From: Archaeoglobi archaeon JdFR-42
GTDB lineage: Archaea > Halobacteriota > Archaeoglobi > Archaeoglobales > JdFR-42
Assembly: GCA_002010305.1 (NCBI GenBank)
Contig: MTND01000018.1
Coordinates: forward strand, 69,795-133,794
Length of the DNA stretch: 64,000 bases
Reading direction: 5' to 3'
Within the stretch, counting starts at the first letter, position 1, and the number at the start of each line of letters is the position of its first letter. The position numbers were made by a program, and so were the translations under genes. The notes under the pieces were generated by a model. That model was given only the letters and a program-made list of their open reading frames with translations, searched no databases and had not been told where the DNA came from. Shown here piece after piece: positions 19,171 through 28,521 of this stretch.

Positions 19171-20529
19171 TTATGCCTTTTTCTTTTTCAAAAACTTCTC
19201 ACCAGTCCATCCACTTTCGGGACCTCTGGCGAAAGAGTATTTTAGAAGCATTGGGGTTATCATGGTGGTAACAAATGACATCACAACTGCAATTACATAT
19301 ATCTCCTGAGTAACAACTCCATATGAAAGTCCATAGTATGCTACAATCAATCCAACCTCACCTCTCGGGATCATGCCAAATCCTACTCTGGAAGAGCCTG
19401 TTTTATTGAATCCACCCACATATGCTGCTATAGCACACCCTACATACTTACCAAGGATCGCAAATATTACAATCAGCAATCCAAGCTCAGCTATGGTTGG
19501 TATCTTTCTGACATCAACAAGCATCCCCATTACAACAAAGAAAATCGGAACCAGAAATTCATAAATTGGCCTTAACCTCTGGGCAAGAAATTCTTTATGA
19601 GCAGAGGATGACAGAGCTAGGCCAGCTGCATATGCTCCAATTATCATAGCCAGTCCTAACAAGTAGGCCACATATGAAATAAAAAGTCCAAAAGAGATAG
19701 CGACTGCCAGCTGACTACCAGGACCTTTAAACAGATGAAGGAATTGAGAGATTTTATCAGAAAATTTCAAACCGAAGAACAATAGCACTACCCAGAATAC
19801 TATAGCTTTGATCACAACTACCGAGATCTCCCATGTACTCATCGGTGCGCCATTAACGCCTGCGATGGCAATAACAATAGCAAGGACGATTATGCCCAGT
19901 ACATCATCGATCACTGCAGCACTCAAAATGGTGGTGCCTTCCTCTGTGTTCAACTTCCCCATGTCCTGCAAAACTCTTGCAGTAATTCCAACGCTGGTTG
20001 CAGTCATCATAGCTCCAGTAAACAAAGCAGTTCCATAGGCATAGGGTCCTTTATAGAAAAACTCTATTGTGTAAAAACCGAGAAAAAAGGGCAGAACTAT
20101 TCCAGCAAATCCAACCAATCCTCCAACCTTGCCGAATTTTATGAACTTCTCGAAATCGGTTTCTATACCTACCAGAAACAGTAGCAAGATAACTCCAATA
20201 TTGGCAATCATATCTATCTCCGGCGAGACCGGAATTGGACCGGTTGTTACTGGATAAAACCCAAACAGAGGGCCAAAAGCAAAAGGACTTAAAATTATAC
20301 CAGCAATTAGCTCACCGAGAACCTCTGGCTGTTTAAAATATCTCTCAACTATATCTCCAAATATTTTAGCCGCAAACAACATTACGGCAAGATTTAATAT
20401 TATCTGAGGAATTATCTCTGTAGATGGTGCAGACATCGCATGGTTGTACCTGAATAATTTATAAATTCTTTTTGGTTTATCTTTTATCCTTCCTTGGAGA
20501 TGGATGACATTGTCAACTAATGTTGACAA
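19171..20529 (-). CDS. Cation:proton antiporter (CPA2, Kef/NapA type)
   Basis: About 12 hydrophobic segments. N-terminal LAVMLFAAKIFGDIVERYFKQPEVLGELIAGIILSP. The start is possibly the internal ATG at 20436 (MSAPSTEI). Confidence 0.75.
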   Translation of the reverse strand: MSTLVDNVIHLQGRIKDKPKRIYKLFRYNHAMSAPSTEIIPQIILNLAVMLFAAKIFGDIVERYFKQPEVLGELIAGIILSPFAFGPLFGFYPVTTGPIPVSPEIDMIANIGVILLLFLVGIETDFEKFIKFGKVGGLVGFAGIVLPFFLGFYTIEFFYKGPYAYGTALFTGAMMTATSVGITARVLQDMGKLNTEEGTTILSAAVIDDVLGIIVLAIVIAIAGVNGAPMSTWEISVVVIKAIVFWVVLLFFGLKFSDKISQFLHLFKGPGSQLAVAISFGLFISYVAYLLGLAMIIGAYAAGLALSSSAHKEFLAQRLRPIYEFLVPIFFVVMGMLVDVRKIPTIAELGLLIVIFAILGKYVGCAIAAYVGGFNKTGSSRVGFGMIPRGEVGLIVAYYGLSYGVVTQEIYVIAVVMSFVTTMITPMLLKYSFARGPESGWTGEKFLKKKKA

Positions 20530-20578
20530 ATTGTAAAACTATATTTTACAACCAACACAAATGTAGAGGGGCCTAAAC

Positions 20579-21976
20579 TCATTGAATCTTTTCAAGTTCG
20601 AATTCCGAATGGAGAACTTTTACAGCTTTTTCTGCATCCCTCGTACTTACCACGAATGAAATGTTGTATTCAGAGCAGCCCTGACTTATCATGATTACAT
20701 TGATCTTATTTCTGCCCATGGCAGAGAAAACTTTTCCCGCCACCCCAGGAGTGCCAGCCATTCCTGCACCCACAATGGCGATGACAGCGATGTCTTCGAT
20801 GGTGTTTACTTCCAGATAATCATTATTTATCGATTTTAGAACTCTGTATCCCCTGGCTAGATCCTCTCGAGCAACTACGATGGAACAGTTAAGCTCAGAA
20901 GACCCCTGGCTAACCATTACAATGCCTACTCCATTATCCGCAAGCAACTTAAAGGTCTCAGCCAAGATACTTGCAAAGTCCACACCAGCTCCACCGATAT
21001 TGATGAGACCTACTTTATCAATAAGAGTTATGGCCTTAACTACATCCTCCTTTGCCCTGATCTCCCGTACAATTCTTGTTCCTTCACCATCTGGATTAAA
21101 AGTATTTTTAACTCTTACAGGAATATTTTTCCGAATTGCAGGCTCAAGAGCCCTGGGATGGAGAATTTTAGCTCCGAAATAAGATAGTTCCATTGCTTCT
21201 CTGTAAGATAACTCTCTGATGACCCTAGCTTCTTTAACGATTTTTGGATCAGAAGTCATAATCCCATCTACTTCCTTCCAGAGCCAGATTTCGTCAGCAT
21301 CCACTCCTGCCCCAATTAACGTAGCAGTGTAATCACTACCACCTCGTCCCAAAGTGGTTATGGCACCACTTTCTGTTTCTCCTATAAATCCACATATAAC
21401 GGGAACCATTTTTTTGATCTGCATCAGAGGCTGAATGCGAGTCCTTATCTTCTCTTCCACACCTATTAATGGTCTGGCTCTACCAAAATTCTCATCCGTA
21501 ATAATCCCGGCATTTCCTCCTGTAATCGCTAAAGAATCTATCCCCAGAGAGCATATGGCTCCTGATACTATTGGAGCTGCGAGTCTTTCTCCAAAGGAGA
21601 GAATATAATCCTTTGATCTTGATGAAAGCTCACCCAAATAGGCGATTCCAAGAAGTACTTTTTCAAGTTCATCATGTCTTTGATCTATTTCTACAAGGGT
21701 TCTCTCAAGTATATCCTCATCACCGATAGCTTTTCTACATGCTTCATGATGACGTTCTGTCATAGAGGCTATGAACTCTTTAACCAGAGTGGTTTTTCCA
21801 CTCTCAACTAATCTCATAGATACATCAATTAAACTGTCAGTTACACCGGCCATTGCCGATGTTACAACTGCTATCTCATATCCCCTCTCGTAAAAATGCT
21901 TCACTAGACTGGCCACGTGCCCGATGGCGTCTCCATCTTTTACTGAAGTTCCTCCAAACTTCATTACTACTCGCAT
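20579..21976 (-). CDS. lysC: Aspartate kinase with C-terminal ACT domains
   Basis: MRVVMKFGGTSV start chosen at 21976 (the track ORF extends to 22045). GRGGSDYTA motif. Tandem ACT-like C-terminus. Confidence 0.9.
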   Translation of the reverse strand: MRVVMKFGGTSVKDGDAIGHVASLVKHFYERGYEIAVVTSAMAGVTDSLIDVSMRLVESGKTTLVKEFIASMTERHHEACRKAIGDEDILERTLVEIDQRHDELEKVLLGIAYLGELSSRSKDYILSFGERLAAPIVSGAICSLGIDSLAITGGNAGIITDENFGRARPLIGVEEKIRTRIQPLMQIKKMVPVICGFIGETESGAITTLGRGGSDYTATLIGAGVDADEIWLWKEVDGIMTSDPKIVKEARVIRELSYREAMELSYFGAKILHPRALEPAIRKNIPVRVKNTFNPDGEGTRIVREIRAKEDVVKAITLIDKVGLINIGGAGVDFASILAETFKLLADNGVGIVMVSQGSSELNCSIVVAREDLARGYRVLKSINNDYLEVNTIEDIAVIAIVGAGMAGTPGVAGKVFSAMGRNKINVIMISQGCSEYNISFVVSTRDAEKAVKVLHSEFELEKIQ

Positions 21977-22052
21977 TTTAAAGGCCACACGTAATACCAT
22001 TATAAAAATTTTTTCTAACAAGCATGAAGAGGGTGGTTTTTTCACCGGACTT

Positions 22053-23039
22053 TCAGTCTATTCTCACATCCTCTACTGAAATGCCCTCTTCCACCACTTC
22101 TCCAACCACTCTTCCATCTATAATCTTTTTAATATCCCTAACTTCGTTCTCAGATAAAATTATGGCAAAACCCATTCCCATGTTAAAGGTACGGTACATC
22201 TCTTTTATGTCCACATTTCCCTCATCCATCAGGAAATTAAAGATTTCATGGGGCTTCAAAGGATCATAAATGTTATAACCAACATTTTTCAGACGCTTAA
22301 GTTTGAGCAATCCACTTCCCGTGATATGAGCCAATCCATGTACCTCGACTTTTTTTATTACCTCAAGGATCTCCAGGTAGATTCTTGTTGGTTTCAACAG
22401 CTCATCTCCAAGAGTGTGATTCCCAAACGGCTCAGAATAATCAAGTCCTGCCTTATCAACAATCTTTCGTGCTAATGTCAGACCATTGCTGTGTATCCCA
22501 CTACTCGGCACTCCATAAATCACATCCCCTATCTCTATCTTCTCTCCAGTGATAATCTTTTCTTTATTCACAACTCCTACAGCGGTCCCTGCTAGATCAA
22601 AACCTCGGATAATCTCTGGCAAAGTAGCAGTTTCTCCACCCACTAAGGTGACATTTGCCAGTCTACACCCCTCTTCCAGTCCCACCGCTATCTGAGCAAG
22701 AATTTCTTTATCCGGATCTTCAATAGCAATATAATCTACAAAAGCCACAGGTTCTGCCCCGATGGCAAATAAGTCATTAACATTCATCGCTACACAATCT
22801 ATCCCTACTGTGGTCCAGTTTCTCATAGCAGATGCAACAAGAACTTTCGAGCCGACACCATCTGTAGTTAACGCTAAAGCAAAAGAGCCCATATCGATTA
22901 CTCCTGCATAATGTCCTGTAAGAATTGGTTTTCCGATCCCTGTGCGTGAAAATCTAATTTTATCTTTCAAAGCCCGTATAGCCTGTTCTTCTTTCCTAAT
23001 ATCGACTCCAGCTTTTGCATAATCCATTTTTTCTGTCAT
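22053..23039 (-). CDS. purM: Phosphoribosylformylglycinamidine cyclo-ligase (AIR synthetase)
   Basis: [10 protein letters not shown]-terminus, TTDGVGSK, and GGETATLPE motifs. Confidence 0.9.
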   Translation of the reverse strand: MTEKMDYAKAGVDIRKEEQAIRALKDKIRFSRTGIGKPILTGHYAGVIDMGSFALALTTDGVGSKVLVASAMRNWTTVGIDCVAMNVNDLFAIGAEPVAFVDYIAIEDPDKEILAQIAVGLEEGCRLANVTLVGGETATLPEIIRGFDLAGTAVGVVNKEKIITGEKIEIGDVIYGVPSSGIHSNGLTLARKIVDKAGLDYSEPFGNHTLGDELLKPTRIYLEILEVIKKVEVHGLAHITGSGLLKLKRLKNVGYNIYDPLKPHEIFNFLMDEGNVDIKEMYRTFNMGMGFAIILSENEVRDIKKIIDGRVVGEVVEEGISVEDVRID

Positions 23040-23319
23040 CGATTGAAATGGGAATCATAGATAGAAATAACTTGCGATACCTGTCCTACGAGATGGATTT
23101 AATATATCAATCTTTTTTATTCATCCCCTCAATCTCTTCTATGCGTTTTTAGTTCTGGTTTCCACTCTATAGTTGAAAAGATCTCTGGAGATCGTACTGT
23201 TCTAGAGAGTCTTCTGGATGAGAGGGCAACAAGGAGATACAAAGAGATAGTCAGATCATTGCTAATAACACTAATGTGTTAGAGGTTAAACGAGAATTTT
23301 ACTTTCAATATTTAGGGTT

Positions 23320-23340
23320 TTGTAAGTCGTAGACTTACAA
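23320..23340. promoter_or_regulatory. Perfect 9-bp inverted repeat TTGTAAGTC-GTA-GACTTACAA
   Basis: Read directly. The arms at 23320-23328 and 23332-23340 are exact reverse complements. Lies ~100 nt upstream of the 23438 ORF. Confidence 0.4.
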
Positions 23341-23349
23341 TTTGTCAGC

Positions 23350-23375
23350 TGTAGTTAACAATTGTAGTTGACAAT
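23350..23375. repeat. Tandem 13-mer TGTAGTTAACAAT / TGTAGTTGACAAT
   Basis: Two directly adjacent 13-mers differing at one base. Immediately downstream of the palindrome, in the same 398-nt spacer. Confidence 0.4.
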
Positions 23376-23437
23376 TCTAATCAGCCCTTATTTTAACTTG
23401 CGTTAAGTTATACAGATATAAAAGGATTAAATTTTTA

Positions 23438-24169
23438 TTGCATCCTGATTTTCAACTTGATGTGACAAAGAATCAAACTCTCAGACAAAGGACCCTAAAA
23501 CACATTCAAACAGCTATAGATAAGGGCCTTACCGGAATGTCAGTAACCTGTCAATATTATCCATGCCATCATGAAGGACAGGATTGTACCTGGTGTTTCT
23601 GTCCATTTTATCCCTGTCTGAACTTTGAACTTGGTGGAAACTACACGGAATCGCGCAAAAATGGCAGACTTATCTGGAACTGTTCTGAGTGTACATGGGT
23701 TCATGATCCAGCTATTGCCGAAAGAATTCTAAAACTTCTGAAAAAAGTGACTGACATCCATCTAAAGGACTGGATTTTTTTCTCTGAACTCCATTTTAAC
23801 CTGTTCTATGGCCATCCACCTTCAACAGGAGAACTCAAAATAGAAAAAAAGATTGAGTCTGACTCCTTAATGAGGATCTACAATCTCGGAAAAAGAGTCA
23901 TTGAAACTGGACAATTTGTAAAAATATATCATAAGATACAGTTCAAAACCCCTCCATTGATACTGCTCAACAACTGGAATATCAGTGGAGAATATCTCAC
24001 AAGTAATAGAAGGCCCAAATCTTCGTGGTACAGACTGAACAGTAATATTTACCAATACTGTAGAGGGAGGGCCTTAGTGATCTTTACCCCTTTTAAGGTT
24101 GTGGGAGCTGATGACTCATTTGCGACATCCCTTGACCCTATATCATATATCATGAAAAAATCAGGTTAA
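23438..24169 (+). CDS. Cysteine-rich small domain protein with an uncharacterised C-terminal half
   Basis: CQYYPCHHEGQDCTWCFCPFYPC...WNCSECTWVH matches the archaeal cysteine-rich small domain pattern (YYPCH..GQ.C.FC.CP.YPC). TTG start at 23438 per the track. ATG at 23537 (MSVTCQYYPCH) is an equally plausible start. Confidence 0.6.
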   Translation: MHPDFQLDVTKNQTLRQRTLKHIQTAIDKGLTGMSVTCQYYPCHHEGQDCTWCFCPFYPCLNFELGGNYTESRKNGRLIWNCSECTWVHDPAIAERILKLLKKVTDIHLKDWIFFSELHFNLFYGHPPSTGELKIEKKIESDSLMRIYNLGKRVIETGQFVKIYHKIQFKTPPLILLNNWNISGEYLTSNRRPKSSWYRLNSNIYQYCRGRALVIFTPFKVVGADDSFATSLDPISYIMKKSG

Positions 24170-24302
24170 TATCAAAAGTGTTTTTAATAAAACAGCGCCA
24201 TAAGTCTTGTTCTTCTCATTTCGGCCAGATTCGCTACATATAGTAATACTTAAATAATTAGAAAATCAACTCAAATTCACGCCTTATATCGGAGGGAGTG
24301 AT

Positions 24303-24611
24303 TTGACAGAAGCGTTAAAAGAGATTAACGAAAAAATTAAAGAACTGGCAGACAGTGAGCTATTTCAACTGATGTCAAGGTTTCAGCAATGGTACAGTAG
24401 CAATCCGGCCTTAGGAGGTTACTCCCCTCTGGACCTGAAATTACTCCAGGAACAATTTCCTAAGCTTCTATCGGAAGAAAATCTCAAGAAGCTTGTTGAA
24501 CAGGGATTGTTTATCGTGGAATTCGAGGAGTCCTCCCGTCCAAAACTGAGAATAACAGACAAGGGATGGCAGCTGAAGACGAAAATTGAGGCGCTATCAG
24601 CTGAAATTTAA
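24303..24611 (+). CDS. Hypothetical small protein, possibly winged-helix at the C-terminus
   Basis: TTG start with GGAGGG 6 nt upstream. The C-terminus KLVEQGLFIVEFEESSRPKLRITDKGWQL looks wHTH-like. First gene of the cassette. Confidence 0.5.
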   Translation: MTEALKEINEKIKELADSELFQLMSRFQQWYSSNPALGGYSPLDLKLLQEQFPKLLSEENLKKLVEQGLFIVEFEESSRPKLRITDKGWQLKTKIEALSAEI

Positions 24612-24626
24612 GCTGGAGGTGTTGAT

Positions 24627-25280
24627 TTGAAGACAGAAAAGATAGTTATAAGATATAAAAACGTACTGGATCCACTCGGTGAGACCACTGCAGAACCCAT
24701 TGAACTCAACGACGGCATTGAGACATTGGATGGCAAGGTCATCGGTCTCCTGGACAACGCCAAGCCCAATGCAGATGAGACAGTGAATGCCTTTAAGGAG
24801 TTCCTCTCTCAGCGATACGATGTCAAAGAGTGGATCTACAGGAAGAAGCCACTTGCAGGCAATGTCGCTCCGGAAGAAGTCCTCAGTGAGCTTGCAGAAA
24901 AATGTGACGCTGTGATAACAGCCCATTGTGATTGAGGATCATGCACGGCCTGGACTATCCGAGATGCGCTAATTCTCGAGAGCAAGGGTGTTCCTGTGGC
25001 GACCTTCTGTTCGACCGCGTTTGCTCCCCTCGGGGCTATAGTTGCTGAGGCTCTCGGGCAACCAGATTTGCCCATAAGTGCCCTCAAACATCCCCTTGCG
25101 GGTCTAACCCCCGAGGATATCAGAGAGAGAGTAAGACCGGTTATCGATGACGCCATCGGGATGCTTACCCTTTCAAAAGAAGAGAGAATTAAGCGCTACT
25201 CGGGTAGGCGCTGGGTAGAAGCGCTCCAGGCCGTGTCTATTGAGGCAAAAGTCGGAGAGGAAGAAGAGGAAGAGAAATAA
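24627..25280 (+). CDS. Candidate UGSC-family selenoprotein (single 217-codon frame containing in-frame TGA at 24933-24935)
   Basis: Track ORFs 24627..24935 and 24996..25280 share one frame. No other stop lies between them. Read-through gives ...AVITAHCD-U-GSCTAWTIRDALILESKGVPVATFCSTAF... TTG start with GGAGG 7 nt upstream. Confidence 0.55.
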
Positions 25281-25293
25281 ATGGAGGCATATC

Positions 25294-26517
25294 ATGGCAG
25301 ATGTAAAGTTAACATCAAGGGAATGGAAAGTGGTCGAATCCAAAGTGGCTGAACTTCCTGTAGACGAAGAAGGAAGGCCGATTCTCGAGCTAGAGCCGCC
25401 AATTGACGACATATACAAATTTTTCTACACTAACAGAAGGACTGATGGACTACCTGTTGTCCCACCTACAAAAGAGAGAGTTCTCAAGATGATGAAGTAC
25501 ATAGACAGAGAACCCGACGAAATTCTGGGGTACTTCCCACCGAGGAACTCTGTTGTAACTCCAGAAAAGATTGCCATTAATGCAGTAATGGCTGGCTGCA
25601 TCCCAGGACATTTTCCTGTAGTAATGCATGCAGTGATGGGATTGATACACAAAGCTTACAATCAGCTTGCCACCACTCTGAATATAGAGGGTATCATCAC
25701 TACAACTCACCCTGTGCACCCTCTAACCATCGTTAACGGACCAGTAATTCAAGAATTGACTTTCAACGGTGGTGTCAACTGTTTTGGGCCTGGATGGAGA
25801 ACCAACGCCACAGTCGGCAGGGCCATCTCTCTGTGTATGCTTAACTTGGGAGGAGGGATGGCTGGAATTGTAGATCACGCTACCCATGGGTCTCCCACTA
25901 AATACTCTTTTGTGGTTGCCGAGAATGAAGAAGAGAGCCCGTGGGACCCATTGCACGTGAGACGTGGATACGATAGAGAAGACTCCACCGTAACACTGAT
26001 GGGATTAGAAGGACCCCATAACGTCCAGGACCACCGAAGTGAGACTGGAGAAGACCTATTGCTTTCATATGCAAAAACTGTGTGTGTGGCGGGAATGAAC
26101 CCATCTACTCTTGCATCAGAGCGCTGGGGTAATATACTCATTGTCGTTAGTCCTGAGTATGCAAAAATTATTCACAGGGATGGGTATGACATAGATGACA
26201 TCAGAATGTTCATCTGGGAATATGGTCGACAGGACCAGCAGTTCTTCGAGCAGATAGGATACGAGCTACCTAGAGGGGGGCTGATGCCAGAATGGCCCAA
26301 ATGGGTATGGAACAGGTTTGATGGTGAAGTCCCACCCACAGCGAAGCCTGAGTACATAGAAGTAATTGTTGCTGGAGGGCCAGGTAGACATGGTCTTGTT
26401 ATGCCCAGTTTTGGATGGACTCATGACCTGACTGTTCCATTAACACTGGCAGATGGAACACCAATACGTTCGGTGATGGATTTCAGAAAAGCAAGAAAAG
26501 CCAGAAACCTTGAGTGA
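25294..26517 (+). CDS. Hypothetical conserved-looking protein (408 aa), function unknown
   Basis: ATG 25294 with GGAGG 6 nt upstream (the track ORF starts at 25240 inside the preceding gene). Motifs TDGLPVVPPT and INAVMAGC. I cannot assign a family. Confidence 0.6.
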   Translation: MADVKLTSREWKVVESKVAELPVDEEGRPILELEPPIDDIYKFFYTNRRTDGLPVVPPTKERVLKMMKYIDREPDEILGYFPPRNSVVTPEKIAINAVMAGCIPGHFPVVMHAVMGLIHKAYNQLATTLNIEGIITTTHPVHPLTIVNGPVIQELTFNGGVNCFGPGWRTNATVGRAISLCMLNLGGGMAGIVDHATHGSPTKYSFVVAENEEESPWDPLHVRRGYDREDSTVTLMGLEGPHNVQDHRSETGEDLLLSYAKTVCVAGMNPSTLASERWGNILIVVSPEYAKIIHRDGYDIDDIRMFIWEYGRQDQQFFEQIGYELPRGGLMPEWPKWVWNRFDGEVPPTAKPEYIEVIVAGGPGRHGLVMPSFGWTHDLTVPLTLADGTPIRSVMDFRKARKARNLE

Positions 26518-26530
26518 GAGGTGCTGAAAA

Positions 26531-26695
26531 ATGGCCGATTTACATGAACTGGTAGCGAATGTGAAGGACGAGGATACACGGAAAGCTCTGGAAGAGCTCG
26601 TTAAACAGTTTGAAGAGTTCAAAGAAGAAGTTAGCGTGAGATTCTTCGGTCTTGCCAAGTGGGAGAAGCTCCGCCCTGGAGCACCCAAAATGTAA
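26531..26695 (+). CDS. Unannotated 54-codon ORF (MADLHELVANVKDEDTRKALEELVKQFEEFKEEVSVRFFGLAKWEKLRPGAPKM)
   Basis: Below the ORF-track size cutoff. ATG at 26531 with GAGGTG 7 nt upstream. Follows the 25294 gene by 13 nt and shares its composition. An AT-rich spacer begins right after its TAA. Confidence 0.45.
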   Translation: MADLHELVANVKDEDTRKALEELVKQFEEFKEEVSVRFFGLAKWEKLRPGAPKM

Positions 26696-27078
26696 TTTCT
26701 TTTTTCTTCTTTTTTATAACTAAAAAACTTAAACTCATATTGACCATCAAAAAAGATTTCATATACTCCACATACACCCATAAATTTACCTCAATGAGAT
26801 TTTGTTAGCTGTTCTTAATTTTATATGAGCTCATTATAAATTGTATTGTTAGCTCTACAAGAAACGTGATTTAAAAAACTCTAGCTGACTGATTCTAATG
26901 TCAGATGGCTTTGTTTTCACCTGATGACATTTACAACGCTTTATTGGAGAAAGAATTCTATGAATATCTCACTGTAATCAGGGCAAATAGGTGAGAGAAT
27001 TCCAAATATTCTGTAAGAATTACAATGCAAATTTTAATATCGATATGGCTTTTAATCATAATAACAAATAAACATTGT

Positions 27079-27891
27079 ATGAGAATCCTTGGAGTTGATG
27101 TAGGAGGGACCAAAATCGAGATTACAGGATACGATGAGAAGTTTTACCATATAAAACGAATTCCTTCAAATGAAGACAATCTGAAAAAACTGAACAGCAT
27201 TCTTATCAATGAAGCAGAAGGATTTGGAGCAGAAGCAATAGGAATCGGTATCGCTGGATGGCTGGAGGACAGAAGAGTAGTCAAAGCACCCAACCTGCGG
27301 TACAAGGACTTTCAATTTAACCTTCCTGTTCCTTTCATTCTGGAAAATGATGCCAACTGCTTTGCCTACGGGGTTCAAAAATTAAGATTTCCAGAAATAC
27401 TGTATATGGCTGGCATTACTGTGGGTACAGGCATTGGCATGGGTTTGATTCTGAATGGAAAACTCTTTAGAGGGAGAGGAAAAGCGGGAGAGATTGGACA
27501 TAGTGTTATTCACTCAATCGCAAGAATACCTGATATGTTATGTGTATGCGGTGGTAGAAATCATCTCGAATGTTATTTTTCAGGATGGTCTCTTGAAAAA
27601 AAGTACGACGATTTCAAAAGGGTGATCAAAGAAAACTCAGAACAGATATTCAGAGAAAAAGGATATGAATTGTTTATTCAAGAGGTAACCCATCTAGTGA
27701 CAATTCTTGACCTTGAACTCGTTGCAATAGGAGGTGGCATTGGAAACAAGTTATCGCAAGAGATTGTAAAAAGAGATGTCAATACCATGCTACCTCCTCC
27801 ATTCACATGTCGGGTAGAAATCATTAAGGAAGACGGAATGGTTGCCAAGGGGGCAGCATTGCTTGCCGAAGACATGCTAAATAAGGAGTAA
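27079..27891 (+). CDS. ROK-family sugar kinase (glucokinase-like)
   Basis: MRILGVDVGGTKIE ATP-binding N-terminus (start chosen at 27079). GEIGH motif. CVCGGRNHLEC zinc motif. Confidence 0.8.
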   Translation: MRILGVDVGGTKIEITGYDEKFYHIKRIPSNEDNLKKLNSILINEAEGFGAEAIGIGIAGWLEDRRVVKAPNLRYKDFQFNLPVPFILENDANCFAYGVQKLRFPEILYMAGITVGTGIGMGLILNGKLFRGRGKAGEIGHSVIHSIARIPDMLCVCGGRNHLECYFSGWSLEKKYDDFKRVIKENSEQIFREKGYELFIQEVTHLVTILDLELVAIGGGIGNKLSQEIVKRDVNTMLPPPFTCRVEIIKEDGMVAKGAALLAEDMLNKE

Positions 27892-28208
27892 AGGATGAAG
27901 GGGGTAAAGAATAACTTTGTAGAAAGCACTTTCGACCTCAATACCCTAAGAAGACACCCATGGACAGGTTATCAGTGGTCTAAAACAAAAGTAAAAGGTA
28001 TGGAATGATCTTGAAGTGCATATGTTTTTTATTTCCATGTAAGGTTGACGATACCTTCATGTATTTTTTCAACTTCATCTTTCATAAACGTCTTCATTAA
28101 ATCGATAGATCGGTGCATACTCGAAAGAACTTTTCTAAATAAGGCAAAAGATTCGAATTTGATCTTTTAATCTAAAAACAGTCAAAATAATAGAAGAAAG
28201 AATGGAGT

Positions 28209-28520
28209 CTAACTCTCCAGAACTATTTCTATGTTTACATCCCTCGGTACCTGGATCCTCATCAACTGTCTAAGAGCTCTCTCGTCTGCATCGATATCTA
28301 TCAGCCTCTTGTGGATCCTCATTTCCCAGTGATCAAAGGTCTCACTTCCCTCTCCATCGGGACTTTTTCTGCAAGGCACTACCAGACGCCTTGTTGGAAG
28401 AGGTATCGGCCCCGATATGGAAACCCCTGTTCTCTCAGCTATCTGCTTAATCTGTTGACATATTCCATCCAATTCCCTAGGGGAAACACCTGAGAGCTTG
28501 ATCCTCGCCTTTTGTTTCAT
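28209..28520 (-). CDS. rps10: 30S ribosomal protein S10 (uS10)
   Basis: [11 protein letters not shown]...[13 protein letters not shown]. Start taken at 28520, directly after the EF-1alpha stop. Confidence 0.9.
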   Translation of the reverse strand: MKQKARIKLSGVSPRELDGICQQIKQIAERTGVSISGPIPLPTRRLVVPCRKSPDGEGSETFDHWEMRIHKRLIDIDADERALRQLMRIQVPRDVNIEIVLES

Positions 28521-28521
28521 T

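Noticed and set aside
24960-24978. Hairpin CGAGA-N9-TCTCG starting 25 nt after the in-frame TGA, considered as a bacterial-type SECIS.
   Set aside because: It has only 5 bp with no extension, and I cannot verify the apical-loop features by eye. This is too weak to annotate. It is mentioned only as a place to start a proper covariance search.
26696-27078. AT-rich spacer downstream of the UGSC cassette, examined for an archaeal 3'-UTR SECIS. It contains the 10-bp palindrome ATGAGCTCAT (26825-26834) flanked by two TTGTTAGCT copies (26802-26810 and 26846-26854).
   Set aside because: No GC-rich two-helix structure with a GAA/A internal loop is visible. Short palindromes and 9-mers are expected by chance in low-complexity AT-rich DNA.
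27894-28007. 37-codon ORF (MKGVKNNFVESTFDLNTLRRHPWTGYQWSKTKVKGME) directly after the ROK kinase gene.
   Set aside because: It is very short, has no ribosome-binding site or recognisable motif, and lies in a spacer preceding the convergent ribosomal operon end.
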